The notes: generated by a model not told the origin, from the sequence alone. Positions 37,240-49,674 are shown, counted from the whole stretch's first letter. The stretch: 63,462 nucleotides of DNA, filler included, from Olpidium bornovanus S191 (GCA_017911155.1; 29 parts of 29 records of this genome joined end to end with filler, not necessarily neighbours in it), one strand, 5' to 3'. Program-made: numbers and translations.

Positions 37240-38038
37240 TCAACTCCCCGACGGCGGCATGGTGGGTCCGGACCTCGGCCGCAGCCACGACGCGATAGTC
37301 GGTTGCGCGAGGTTGCCTTTCGCGAACGTGTAGTTCGACAGCGACGGAGCGTGAGCGACCGTCGCGGGCGCAGCTTGGTGGCGGACCGGGGCGAGCGAAG
37401 CTTGCGGGCGGGTGCCGGGCTGACGGTTGTGAGCGAGGATCACCGGCGCCTGCGACGTGCGATCGGGGCAGCGCGCGTCGGCCAGCTGCTCATCCTCGTC
37501 GCCGTCGTCGACGTCGACCATGTCGCAGGCCGAGCGCTTCCGCGGGTTCCGGAAGGCGACGGGGACGTAGGGCTGCTTGGGCGTTGTCTGGTATCCACCC
37601 GCGACTCCTGGCGGGAGAGTTTTTATTTTTTTTTTTTTCGAGAAGCGATTTGCCAGGACGCGGGCCGGCGGGGGGGCCACGCGGCCCCGAGTCGGTCCCG
37701 ACAGACCAGAAACGGAAAAGGCAAAGCGGCTAAGCAAAAAGGACGGCAACGTCCGGGAGGCCCCCAAAGCGGGGGGCGCGGGAGCGAGCGGGAGGCGCCC
37801 GAAGAGCGAAAAGCGCAGCGGGCGGGGCGCCGGGGAGCGGGGAGACGGCACCTTTCCTGATCTTCATGCCCTTCAGGAGCAGCTGGGACATGAGGGCGTC
37901 GTCGAGCAAGGGGCGCTGCGAGTGCGAGGCGGGGCCGTCGGGCCTGCACCGGCCGCCGCCGGGCAACTGCTGCTCGGCGGCGGCGCCGGTCAGCGGCTTC
38001 TTCGCCGTGTGCCACATGTTCTTCTCTTCCTGCGACGT
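37240..38038 (-). CDS. Spd1/Dif1/Sml1-like ribonucleotide reductase inhibitor, 5' unresolved
   Basis: Exon 38038-37852 ends LMSQLLLKGMKIRK and splices to exon 37607- GVAGGYQTTPK. This matches the family motif LL.VGMR(I/V)RKSV.EGYKT. Confidence 0.65.
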
Positions 38039-38605
38039 CTGTGGTGGGGCAAGCGCGGCGGGGTGAACAACGGAAAAAAAAAAAAGAAAAAAAAAAGAAA
38101 AAAAAAAAAAAAAAAAAAAAACGGAGGAAGCGGATCGCACGCGGGGCGCCGGGGGCCCGAGCGGGAAAAAGGGGAGGAGAGAAAACCGCCAGGCAACTTC
38201 CCCCTAAAAAAAAATGGAAAAACGAAAAAAAAATTCGCCGGAACGCAAGCGCGAGGCAGCGCGGCGGCGAGCCGATCCGTCGGAAAGAAAGAACAACAAA
38301 CGGCTCTTCGGGGCGCGCGGCGGAGGCCGCCTGCCCCTAAGGCCCTTTTGTGTAGAAATCTTCCGGGATGGGGGGAAGGGAGGATTCCGCGGGGGAACGG
38401 AAGGGGCGGCGGGTTGGCGTGTGCGCAGGGGGGGGGGGGGGGGGGGGGGGGGGGGAAAAAAGGGGCCCCCACAGCGGGGGGGGCCGGGGGGTGGGGGGGG
38501 GGGGGNNNNNNNNNNNNNNNNNNNNNNNNNNNNNNNNNNNNNNNNNNNNTTAATTAATTAANNNNNNNNNNNNNNNNNNNNNNNNNNNNNNNNNNNNNNN
38601 NNNNN

Positions 38606-40187
38606 CCCGCCGGCTTCGGCGGCGGGCCGTCGGCCAGGGACTTTCTCGTCGCGTTTTCCAGTCTTGCCAGGTAGGCGTCGAGGAGCGTCCGGTCCTGGCA
38701 GCAAAGGCGGGCAAGCGGCCACGGGTGCGCGCTCCAGAACGCTTCCTCGGCCGCGCCGGAGGCCCCCGCGCCGCCGGCATCCGGTTTGGCGCAGCTCAGC
38801 ACGAGCGCCAGCAGTCGCGGTCGGAGGGCACGGGACAGCTCGACCTCCGGACGCGACGCGCCGGTTGACGCGGGCTTTGCGAGGTCGTTCAGCAGGCACA
38901 CGATCGACTCCTTGTTCTCGTCGCAGGGGTGCCCGGCACGTTTGATCAGAGCCCATTCGAGATGGAGGCGGGCTTCCAACGGAAAACCGCGAACCTGCAA
39001 TAGCAACGGTATTCCCTCACCATGCCGTCCGGAACTGCGGTGAGAAACAACCTGCGGGCGGTCTGGGCCGTGAGTTATTTTTTCTTGTTGTCTTCCGGTT
39101 GGTCCCGCAGCCGCCCCGTGGCACGCGGGGGGAAGGGGGGGGGTTACGCACGCACGAACCTGATTTCGTCCACAAGCTGCTCCGCCCACCCGTGCGGGGC
39201 CCCTGGGCCGGTCCCGCCGAACGCCAAAAACCTGTCCGCCGCCACCTCTTTCAGCATCCGCGCGGCTGCCCCGTGCGCGGCTCCCGCCGCGCTCAGGCGG
39301 TAAGAATACTCCAGGCCGCGAGCGGCGGCTGCTGAAATTAAGCAGAAAGCCCGTCAGCTCCGCGGGATCACGTCACGGACGAGAAAAACGGTCGGCCGTT
39401 CGAAAGGTTTTTTTTTTGTTAAATGGTGTGGACTCCACCTTTGTCCTGCTCGACGTCCAAGCCGGACGTCGGCGGCGAAGCGGAAAGAAGCAGCGCGTTG
39501 GCGCCGACGAACGTTTCGGCAAGTTTGTACGGCTTGCAGATTTCTAAGAGTTCCTGCGCCCACGGACGGCCGGCGACAACCGTTGATTTTTCGCGGGCAC
39601 GGCCGGGCCGGGCGGGGCCGGCAACAAACGATCGGCAACCCGGCGAAGACCGCGGTTCCCCGCCGGCCAACCAACTCCGGCGGCGCACCCGCCGGTGGAA
39701 CACGCTCCCCGCCGGCCGCCCTTAAAACGCCCAGTCGCCCTTTTTCGCGGGACGCACGGCGACGTACCTCCTTCAGCACCTTCTCCTCGTCGCGGGCTGC
39801 CGAAGGCGGCAGAGAACGGGAACTGGCGATACGGGACGCCTCGCGCGGCTTGCTCGCCGCGAAGAGCTCCTTCCGGAGCGCTGCCGCCGGCCCGCGGCCC
39901 TGCCGCAGGTCGGGCGGCCTGGGCAGGCCGCGCGCCCTGGCGGCCGCGGCCAGCAGGGCCGCGGGGTCCTCCGGCGGGGCGCCCCCCCCTGTTGGCGAGC
40001 GGCGGCCGAGGAGGACGCGCTCGACGGCGCCGGCCACGCGGAGGGCGTCGGTATGGGCAGCGTCGTCGGGGCGGGCGGCGTCTGCGCGGCGCGCCTCTCG
40101 CAGCAGGTCGACGTAGAGGGCAAACTCGACGGGCCAGGGCGAGGCGGGCGGGAGGGGCCCGGCAGGCATTCGCTCGCCAGACATGGC
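38606..40187 (-). CDS. Hypothetical multi-exon helical protein
   Basis: Coding-like exons separated by GT-AG introns: WPVEFALYVDLLREARRA; QELLEICKPYKLAETFVGANALL; GLEYSYRLSAAG...WAEQLVDEI; VRGFPLEARLHLEWALIK...ESIVCLLNDL. I do not recognise the family. Confidence 0.6.
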
Positions 40188-40415
40188 GTTCGCCCACGCA
40201 GCGGGGAATGCGGCGGGGCGCGCGGGGGTTGGTTCCGGTCTCCCTTCCCGCCGCCCCCTTCCCCTTCCCTCCCCTCCCGCCTGAAAGTCGGCTGGGGACT
40301 TGACGAAAAACGTCAGAGGACGAACGCCCCCCCTTCGTTTGAGTCCGCCGCGAGCACACAAGGCCGCCCCGTCATGAGCTCCCAACACTACATCCCTCCG
40401 CTGGTACGGTCGCTG

Positions 40416-40515
<100 letters not shown>

Positions 40516-40615
40516 NNNNNNNNNNNNNNNNNNNNNNNNNNNNNNNNNNNNNNNNNNNNTTAATTAATTAANNNNNNNNNNNNNNNNNNNNNNNNNNNNN
40601 NNNNNNNNNNNNNNN

Positions 40616-40900
40616 CTTGGCTGATATTTTCACCAAGCCTTTACCCAGACCGAAGTTTACCGAGTGTGTTGTTTCACTTGGTTTACACTCCATTGATTCG
40701 ACTTGACATTTATTTCTTCTTTTCTCTTTTCTTTTCTCGTTTGAACCCGTTCACAACAAGGGGGGGTGTTGGACAATATAGTTGGAACCCCTGAATGTTT
40801 ACAATAGTTTATTCCTCCTTCCTTTAATAAACGCGAACACGTCTGCCGCCTTGCCAGGGCACAGACGGCGAAACACATAACTTTCACACAACTCCAATCA
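40616..40900 (+). mobile_element. Ty1/copia 3' end: RNase H tail, PPT and start of 3' LTR
   Basis: LADIFTKPLPRPKFTECVVSLGL, then PPT AAGGGGGGG and the LTR start TGTTGGAC at 40767. The LTR end is uncertain (about 40900, TCCAATCA). Confidence 0.85.
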
Positions 40901-41642
40901 GGCGACTGGGGACTCCTCCCGGGCTTTCCGAGCATGCTGCCAGGAACTCCGACCACGTCATAGTAACTTCCTGCTTTAGGAACCGGGTCTCAACAAAGGA
41001 AGCTGCATCAAAACCTACCTGAACCATGCTTCGAAGGTGCCGTTTGGGTGGCCCGCGCGCAGCCGGCGCACGTTGGGGAGCTGGCTCGTCTAAGCCGCCG
41101 GTCCTTCCTTGAGTAGTCGGGTCAAGGTCGACGAACTCGCGTGTTGCCCTCGGCGGCCCAACCCGACCCGCCGCCGGCGTGCGGGGCATCACGCTCGGAG
41201 TAGACCCCATCTCGGCGCGTCCTGAACGCGCGTGCTTGGAGGGCTCAGCCGGCACCTCAGTGCGGACTCGTTTCTCATCTACGCGCGCGTCCATGTGCAC
41301 GCAGGTGACCTGACATCCGGCAATGCACGCAGTATTTGCGGGCGTCCACGCCGAGGCATCCCAAGCCTCAGACCGCGACTCTGCGAGCCACCAATCACGC
41401 ACATTTGAAGACGAGCTCAAAGAACCTCTCAAAGAGTTGCTCAGACCACTCCCCGGTAATTGATCGTCATGCCAGTCATGGTGGGCCCGCATCGCGAATC
41501 CACGGACAGCAGGGGGATTCATCGACCCCAAGCCCCGGGGCCCTAAGGACGCGTAACCTTGCTCTCTTAGAAATTGAGGTATTAGGGTGATGGAATCAAC
41601 GATTCCGTATTGTCCCCCCAGACAGCGGGTAGGTATATGCAC
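40884..41642 (-). mobile_element. Possible retroelement-derived (gag-like) ORF
   Basis: An intronless 252-aa ORF containing VRDWWL and TWSEFLAAC, flanked by LTR-like sequence at about 41800-42130. The evidence is weak. Confidence 0.3.
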
Positions 41643-42539
41643 AAGACAGCCACACTTCTAGACATGCGGAGCTTCCGGTTAACGTGTGATCAAAGATCCA
41701 GTTCCCTTCCAATTGCACAAGTGCAATTTAAAGGTCCTTTTTAGTCCAAAACGCTCGTCCGCTTAAAGCACTTCCGTAACCTTTATTAAGGTGCTAGGTA
41801 GAACAGAATGTCGGTGTAGAGGGATGGGGTGGAGGAGATCGTATGGAGGGGATGAGGTGCGAGGAATCCTGGACTCCTCGCTCTATTTATACCCGCGAGC
41901 TCCCCCCTATTATTCCTCTACGTCTATATAGGAAAGCTCGCCCGTCGGAGTCCGCCGGGGTCCGTCGGAACCTTCTCAAACCTTCCTCCGTTTCCGGGTG
42001 CGCTCAGAGCTTGCCCCTTTCCCCCCTGTCCCCCTGTTCCCTCCTTTTGGGGACCGGAGGTTCTCCCCCGTGCCCCGTGCCCCTTGCGCACGGGCCCGGG
42101 GGGTTCAGGGGTGTCCTCCGCCACCCCCCTGGCGGAAACCAGGATTCCGCAGCCGAGATGTCATTCCCACAATTTGCACGCTTCTGTCCGGCATCCGCAC
42201 TGCGCGGTTTTGTCTTCTGCGGCGCTGTTGTTGCATTTGCCGTCGGTCATTCCTTGGTGGCATCGGGTCACGTGGGAAAATTTCAACATGCTCCTCACGC
42301 ACCGTCTCTTGGATCTCTCCTCACCCGAACTGGGTTCCAAGGACGCTCCCATCAGGACGGCAGATCCTCCCATTGACGAGCTTAACCGCGCCCGCGAGTA
42401 GTGCCGCCTCAAAGTTTTGGCACTGGTGGCGGCGGTGCCCAGTCGCGTCACACCAGATGCATAAATCTTGTGTGGGCGGTCAGGCCAGCCCTTGCCCGCT
42501 CGGTCGCCCCCCGTTCACAAGCACATGATTTAAATCCAA

Positions 42540-43097
42540 GCGCAACGCACTCATTTGCTGCGCGAGCTCACTCACCTCATCTTTGACTGCATGGTGACCC
42601 GGACCTACTCACCTGGTCGCCCTTGCTTCGCTCAGGTAGACACTCCTCAGCCGCGCCCGGGGAGGCGGGTCGTGAGGCTCGGCCGGCGACACTCTCTCCA
42701 CCGCTTCCTGGGGGAGACGCGAGTCCAAAGCGACGTCCTCAACGCGGCGAAACAGCCGGTTGCGGTGGGCCACTTCTCGGATGACCGTGGTGACGGGTTC
42801 CCAGTCGGTAACAAAGTTCTCCCCATCTAGCAGCTCCTTCGCAATTTCGGCGAGGCGGTCCGCAGGCAACGCTCGCATCAGGTAACATCTTGTCAAACAC
42901 ACGCGCCCTTTCCCTTGGGTCGAGCTGCTTGTACTTCCTATCGAACGCCCTGAGAATGGTCTCCATGTCGCCCATGTCATGCTTGCTTTCCACCCATTCC
43001 GCGAACTTGCGGGCAGTCATCCGAGACGCGTCTCGAGATCGGAACAGCTCCCGAAGACGTTCTTTCGCCTGAGCCCACGAGCGCCTCTCGATGGCGA
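42540..43097 (-). mobile_element. Degenerate gag of a Ty3/gypsy-like family (copy 1)
   Basis: AKERLRELFRSRDASRMTARKFAEWVESKHDMGDMETILRAFDRKYKQLDPRE, a frameshift, then YLMRALPADRL...FVTDWEPVTTVIREV. It is clearly paralogous to 53757-54082. Confidence 0.65.
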
Positions 43098-43652
43098 NNN
43101 NNNNNNNNNNNNNNNNNNNNNNNNNNNNNNNNNNNNNNNNNTTAATTAATTAANNNNNNNNNNNNNNNNNNNNNNNNNNNNNNNNNNNNNNNNNNNNACA
43201 TGCGAATTTTGGTGTTTACGGAAGATAACGGCTTGCGGAAGCCCAGTTCTGATAACGCTGACCAACGGGCAGTCGGCACTTGAGCATTCCCAGCATTCTG
43301 CCAGTGTCATTCCTGGCCTTCTGTATCGCGTTTTGGGTTAGGCCACCGGTTCCGCGACATAATTCCGGTAATCGGCCCGTGTACAATGCGGCATTTCCCG
43401 CCGTTCTCCCCCGGTCCGGGGGATGGCTTGCCCAGTTTGCACATGACATTTCACCCAAATCGTGACTTCCTTTTTCGGACAGACGACGAGCGAGTCCAGG
43501 GGTCCCGGTTGATACTCTGAAGAGCCTTCGGGGCTACTAGCGCCACGTAGCCTTTTTGCGGTGCGAACAACTCAGCTGGCAGCAGCCACGATGTGCCGCC
43601 GTCGAATTTTCATCTTTCCCTATTTGTTTGTCGGCCCATCCTCATCCCCCAC

Positions 43653-44498
43653 TTATCGCCCCTTTTTCCTGAAGTATTCGGCTGAGGTTTACCGGCCACC
43701 CATTAGTCGACGGGGGTATCTTCAAATTTTTCGCCTGGGCAAGTGTTTCTTTTACGCTTTCACGGAATCCGCGCATCCGCCCCCAAGTACGCACCCAACT
43801 TTTCGACTGCCTCCACGGTCACGCTGGGGTACATCGATACGTCGTACGTCGCGATAATGAAAAACAGGTTTGTGCGAGAAATTACCACCCCCGCCTTGTC
43901 CTTGAGGATAGGGACGTAAACATATCCGCTCGTCAGAAACCGGCGAGTATGAGTTTTGCATTTACTGGAAGGAGGTAAAACGAGGGGCGGATGAGGGAAC
44001 GGGCCCGGTGGGTAGGAGAGGGAGGGAGACGGAGGAGGCGGTAACAGGCGAGCCGATCACCCTTTCAATTTCAACCAACGTTTTTTGCGTAGATCGAAAG
44101 TTGATCACACCGGACCGCTTTGTACGGAGTATCCATCACGAGGACGGCGCCTCCGTCCTCCCGCACTGACGTCGGATTGTCGAAGATGTTAACCACTTTT
44201 GCGAGCTCGTTCGGTCCGAGCTAGGGGATTCCCGACGTGTACCGTGTTCAGAATGGCGGAAGAGCGTCGCGGGCAGGAGATTCATTCGGAGGACTAGCCC
44301 AGGATGCGCATCAGGCTTCCGAAAGGAGGGTTTCGGGGCAAGGGCCGTGGGGCAGGGGGAGGGTAGGAATGAGGATAAGGTGGAGTGTACCTGGAAGTTC
44401 GGTGACTTGGCTTTGACCAGGCCGTCCTTCCGCCTTATGATGGCGGCTTGGCTGACGTGCTTCGTGTTCATCAGCGCCTCCTGCAGAAGGCTGTTCAT
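43653..44498 (-). CDS. PFN4: Profilin-4-like protein (127 aa as seen, four exons)
   Basis: Exons 44498-44391, 44220-44080, 43900-43795 and 43681-43653 splice in frame to MNSLLQEALMNTKHVSQAAIIRRKDGLVKAKSPNFQ-LGPNELAKVVNIFDNPTSVREDGGAVLVMDTPYKAVRCDQLSIYAKN-DKAGVVISRTNLFFIIATYDVSMYPSVTVEAVEKLAEYFRKKGR*. It shares PFN4 hallmarks (TKHV, Y..VR.D..S.YAK, MYPS..VEA.E.L..Y.RKKG). Confidence 0.9.
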
Positions 44499-44679
44499 GN
44501 NNNNNNNNNNNNNNNNNNNNNNNNNNNNNNNNNNNNNNNNNNNTTAATTAATTAANNNNNNNNNNNNNNNNNNNNNNNNNNNNNNNNNNNNNNNNNNNNC
44601 TAGCAGCAACGCAATATATCGGCGTAGTTAGCATCGTAACCCACAGGGAGCTGCCCTCCCACCCCTCTTCCTCCCAAAA

Positions 44680-45617
44680 CACCACCTCTCCATTCGTACA
44701 GAGGCAGAATACGCACCATGGCTGCGGCACAGGAGTTGCAATACCAGTCGCCCGAAGGGACGTTCTCGCTGTCGAGCGGAGGCTCAAGACAAGTGAAGTG
44801 AAACGAGCTTGGGCACCCGTCACAGCAGATAAATTGGCCGGCCTCGCCGCAGGCGTCGCAGTAGCTGTGGTTGTTCTGCGTTTGACGACACGTATTTTGT
44901 GCGCGTGAGCCCGGCAAATCTTTACTGGACAGGACTCGCCCCCTCCTTCCCTCCGCTATTTGGTCAGCGCATACCGCCGTTGGGTCGTACTCCGCCGAGG
45001 TGTTCCGTTTCCGTATCATATGCCGCTCTGAGCTGCGGTTAATGGTGAGCGCATACGAAGGGTATACGTTGGGCGTAAGATATCAATGAGCATCGCTCAT
45101 AGTGCCCGTGCAGCATTCGTTACATCCGTAAAACGCAGAATGTCGAAATCTTTCGCCCCGCGAACCGCGCCGTCGCCTGCTCCTTCAAATCGCGATGGCT
45201 ACGTGGACACTAAACAAGAGCCGCTTTTGACCAATCACCACACCTTGTCACAGAGGACGGGACGCGCCTATCACCACCATCCAACGGAGACCTGAGCCGC
45301 TTGCTGTCCTTGAGCACCGTTGCGGCGGGCAAGGTCTCGGACTCGGCCCTTTTTGTTAGGTGCGACGTACGTCTGCCGTCGTTACCCTGAAACGGAGACG
45401 CGCGTGGCATGCCGCGCTTGGGCTTCAGCGAAACTGCGGAGGGCGTTCTGCCGGGACTGGCGATATCGCGCACGATGGCGGTGTTGTCCTGGGGCGTGCC
45501 GGTAACCGATCCGGAGGTTTGTCGACCGGAAAACGACGGATTGCCACCCAGTCCAGACGATGCCGATGAAGGAGCGGCGAGCGGCGCACGGTGACCCGGG
45601 GGCACCGGTGTGGACAT
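44680..45617 (-). CDS. PHD-finger chromatin protein (Rco1/Cph1-like); upstream low-complexity exons probably extend to about 46400
   Basis: NHSYCDACGEAGQFICCDGCPSSFHFTCLEPPLDSENVPSGDWYCNSC is a C4HC3 PHD of the Rco1/CHD/AIRE type. Confidence 0.8.
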
Positions 45618-46859
45618 GACCTAGATCCCTCGGTGACGCAGGAGGGAAACGCAGTCGGGCCGATGCGGGCGTTTCCGGAATTTCCGTTATACGGTTGCGC
45701 TGTAAATGAATGCCCACATGTGCGGCGGCTGCAGGTGGCTCCGGACACGGCCCGGCGTTCTGTGATACACGGCTGGGTCCCTCGGGGCGCTGTTCGCAGG
45801 ACGACGCTTGTCGGGCCGTGAAGACTTTGGAGGCGTCCGCAACGACGACAGGCTTCTTGGGCGATCAAATGTCGCGTCGGCTCTTTACGGCGCGCGCGCT
45901 CGGCCGGCCACTCGAACCGTGCAGTGGTCCAACGGGTGTGCCAGGGGGGCTCCGCTGGCGCCCGGACAAACGTTTCGAGTACGCCCTGTTTTGTTGCCAC
46001 CGGCGGGACTCCGACGGCCTTCCAAGCCCCGTCCAAAGGCAGCTGAGCGGCGTACGTCCGATGACTCGCTTTAGAACCGGGTTCAGACTCGCGGCGCGCG
46101 CAGGCGCGCTCGTCGATGCCGCTCGCCTCCCTTCGGGTGTCCTCACCACACTGAAGCGCTCTCGACCCTTCGTCCGCCTCGGAGCCTGGCAGCACTGTTA
46201 CGGCAAAACCAGCGATAGCAGATCCCCCGAATGGGAGCACGTTACGTGCCGCTTCCCCGAGTGCCACCGAGAGTCATCAAGACCCTCGACCTCAAAACAA
46301 TGGCCTTCTTTGGGCTTCCGGCCCAAGGCGGTCCTACCTCGGTATCAAATGACTGCGAGGATTCCGCCCGCAGGGGCACTTGCTCGATGAGCATTGCCCT
46401 GATGAACTCTCTTCCGAGGTATCCCGACGTCCGTTACCTCTCCAGCGCGGACAGTCGATAATCAGCAGTCAAGAATTGCAGGTTCAACCGCCCTCTCGCT
46501 TACAGCTGCAATCTCGAATCCGTGGAGTGGCAGAAATAAAAAAGGCCAAGCTCGGATTTTGATGCACAGACTACATCTGCAATTGGATTGTTCATAATCT
46601 AAAAATCTGTTTTATTCTGTCGTATGCAGTGTGGAAGGTACAGCTTTGACCAGGGAATCTTTCGTTGGATGCCGGAATTTCGCGAGCGGACGTTTGCCGC
46701 CGGGAGCCTACAAGCCCTAAATCGCTACATCTCAGTGAGCTTTGCTTTCTCAGAAATAGCGCCGGGGTTGCCCCCAGATTCCCTGAGTCCTAAACTTAGT
46801 ATGAGCTGAACGTTACAACGAATCTTGAGCTGAATTACACATTGAATGCAGCAAATGCC

Positions 46860-46925
46860 GCGGAAATTCCTGCAGCAGATCCTGCAGCAAATCCTGCAGC
46901 AAACCCTGCAGCAAATCCTGCAAGC
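46860..46925. repeat. 12-bp tandem repeat (CCTGCAGCAAAT-like, about 5 copies)
   Basis: tcctgcagcaga tcctgcagcaaa tcctgcagcaaa ccctgcagcaaa tcctgcaagc; one frame reads PAADPAANPAANPAAN. Confidence 0.8.
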
Positions 46926-47047
46926 AAGTCCCGTAAGCAAATCATGCNNNNNNNNNNNNNNNNNNNNNNNNNNNNNNNNNNNNNNNNNNNNTTAATTAAT
47001 TAANNNNNNNNNNNNNNNNNNNNNNNNNNNNNNNNNNNNNNNNNNNN

Positions 47048-47480
47048 CCATGATGAGAAACCAAAGATGGAACAGAAGGTTCTTCGTGCGCTGGCGGAGG
47101 CCAATACAGCAGACGAGGCGGCGCCGCGGATTGTCCTTGGAGCCGAGATCAAGATGTCAGTGGAAGAGTTCGCAAGCGTTTGCCCGGCTTCCGGCCTTCG
47201 CGCCGTAGCTGCGACTTTCCGACCCAGGCGACAAACAGCAATGCAGAGCGGGATGGAGCTTGAGGAGGATGCCGAGGAAGAAGTCATCCCGAATCACGGG
47301 GTGCACACACTCAAACTTGCGTCGGGGGTCCCGCACGACGTGATGTGCTGGTCACGAGCCTGTCCGGAAATTAAAATTTTTGTGCCGGAATTGGAGTAGA
47401 CTGTTCAAGCTTTGATAGACCCCCGATCTAAAATAACCGTCGTGGATGCCAGGATTGCGGCCCTTGCGGTGTCGGCGACA
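47048..47480 (+). mobile_element. Degenerate retroelement gag-end (DUF4100-like) + aspartic protease start
   Basis: RIVLGAEIKMSVEEFASVCP...CWSRACPEIKIFVPELE*, then TVQALIDPRSKITVVD, a decayed ALID(S/H)GS protease motif. Confidence 0.55.
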
Positions 47481-48189
47481 AAGTCGACGCCGCAAGCAGA
47501 TCGAGTCCGAGCGGCAGAGAAGGCAGGGTCGGCTTCAGGCCCGCAGGGGGCTCTGGACGATCCGGTTGGTAGGCGGGCTTGCGTGTCGCACTCATACTGA
47601 CGTCGATAGCACTACGACGCGGCCTCAAACTCCTCTGCAGCCGGTGCTGCGCGCAAAAGGACGAGGAAAGAAGGAAAACAGAGAGCAGCCGACGTTGCTT
47701 GACCCGTAGCGGTGGCCGACGCCTCCGCTCGAATGGGAAGGAAGGTGATCACGACGCTCGAACAAGCCCGACGGCCTTGTTTATTTCGAACGAGCGGATC
47801 GGCTGTGGTAGGGTTTTGGGTGCTTTGCGTTGCGTTTGACGTCGAGGTTTTTGCGTTGGGAAAAAAAAAGGGGGTTGCGAAACCAAAACACTTTGAACAA
47901 GTGGACGGCGTCGCCGCACGTGACCCCAATAAGCAAAAATAAAAAACAGGCGCAAGCGAGCGAAATAATGCAAGACGAGCAAAAAGTGCAAAGGGGTGAA
48001 ACGATGCAAAAGGAGCGAAGCCAGAGGGAAATCGAGGGGAACGGGGTTTGAAGCTAGGGTAATCGAAGTCGGGGTCGATGTCCACCAAAGGCCATTTTGG
48101 GCGCCGACAACCGCCCCCTTAGCGCCAGAGCGATGCCTAGGGCAAGGCGTGAATCAACCGTAGCCCCAAAATGGTAGCCCTTCTTCGCC

Positions 48190-48290
48190 CGGCCTCCTGC
48201 GTAGCCCTCGTGTTCTCCTTCACGCCCCGCTTGACATGCCTCCTCTTCGAGGCTCTTCGGACGGTCTCGAGTATTTTCCTAATCGTCGCC
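48190..48290 (-). pseudogene. NHP2/L7Ae-like fragment
   Basis: IRKILETVRRASKRRHVKRGVKE resembles Nhp2 KKVLKTVKKASKAKNVKRGVKE, but the expected downstream AGDISP...LCE segment is absent. Confidence 0.35.
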
Positions 48291-49439
48291 GAGAGCTCGT
48301 CATTGTCGCCGTCATCGCACGAATCCGGTTGCGCTGCTGCTCCGCGGTCCCTTAGCTCCTTTGCCCGCTTCTCCTTTGCTTTGGGCATCGCCGCTTTGTC
48401 GCCCCTTCGGACGTTGACGTTCTCTTCTTCCCTCTCTCTTTCTTTTTTTTTTTTTTTTTTTTTGTTTGCTCCCCTTCTCTTCGATGTCGTCCGGTCGGTC
48501 TTCCTCAGCGCGTCGCCCAGAAATGGCGCCCGCAGCGCGGTGTGTGTGCGTGTGTGTGGTGCCGCACCCGGGCGTTCGGCCCGAGCGGGGAGGCACTGCA
48601 CGCCGGATATCGTCAGGTATGGACGAATGTGCGCTGTGCGGATGAATGTGTGCAAAGGCGAAGAGCGTGCGCTGTGACACCCCCCCCCACTTTCCGGCAC
48701 GGAAAGTAGCCCGGAGAGTGTGGGGAACGGAAGTTGAGTGGCGGGGGTGGTGAGGCGGAAAGCGCCCGGGGCTGGGTGAAGGCAAAATAAGCTTTGCCCC
48801 TCGCGAATATAAAAGGCAACACGCGCGTTGTCCCCCGGCACAAAACAAAACAAAAAAAGATGCCGATCGCCACGCTCTCGTCCGCTGTGGCTGCGGCCGT
48901 CGTGGCCGTCCGCGAGTACTGGCACGTTCCCAAGGGTTGGAAGTCCAACGACACGCGCCGAGGTCTGCGCATTAAACTTGAGGTGCGGGCAGAGGCAAGG
49001 CATGGTGAATTCACGGACGCCGCCACACGTTTCGCCACACGGAGCGGACGCATGGAGGACCGAAGGCGGCTCTCCCGGGGTGCGTGTGGGCGCGGGTCTC
49101 TGACAGTCAGCCACCGTAGCAGAAGTCCCAAGCGCGCAGCATTATCCGGGGGCAGCTGGACGTCCGACATCCCCGACAACGTCCTCCGCCACAGGCCTTT
49201 TTGGTCTTTTGCCAGCGCGTTCAACTGACGCGTTTCCGGATTTCCGTCTCTTCGCGCTCCGGGGCAGATCATGGTCAACCTTCTCGACAAGGTGATGGTG
49301 CCGGGGGTGTTGGAGGTATTGCTGGCTGACCGGGAGGGCCTGCAGAAATGGTGCCAGCACGCGTTGTCCTGGCCTGAGGAGACACGCGTGTAGGACCGGC
49401 TCGGGGCCCTCCTTGGGGGTTGGGAGCTCCGCTACCCTT

Positions 49440-49674
49440 GTGTAAAGAAAGCTTGGGGGCGTCGTGCTAAGCCTGGGCACCCACGAGCCTTGGCGCGTGT
49501 CACAGGCGCACGCTTGCAGGCCGCTCTAGTCACGTGCCTGGCCACTAGACACACCAAGGTGCGCCTACCCCACGGTATGGCCCCCGCCCCCGTCACATGA
49601 CCCACATGGGCCCGCCCACGCAGGGGGGCCCGCACACTCGGCCCACGCAGGGGGGCCGCACGCTCCGCGGACCC
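49440..49674. repeat. LTR-U3-like CAC/GGG-rich sequence with short tandem duplication
   Basis: Composition resembles 6100-6350, and GCCCACGCAGGGGGGCCCGCAC occurs about twice. No coding signal. Confidence 0.35.

Noticed and set aside
48860-49390. Possible gene (MPIATLSSAV...REYWHVPK; IMVNLLDKVMVPGVLEVLL...)
   Set aside because: I could not build an in-frame spliced model or assign a family; the ATG3-like impression was too weak.
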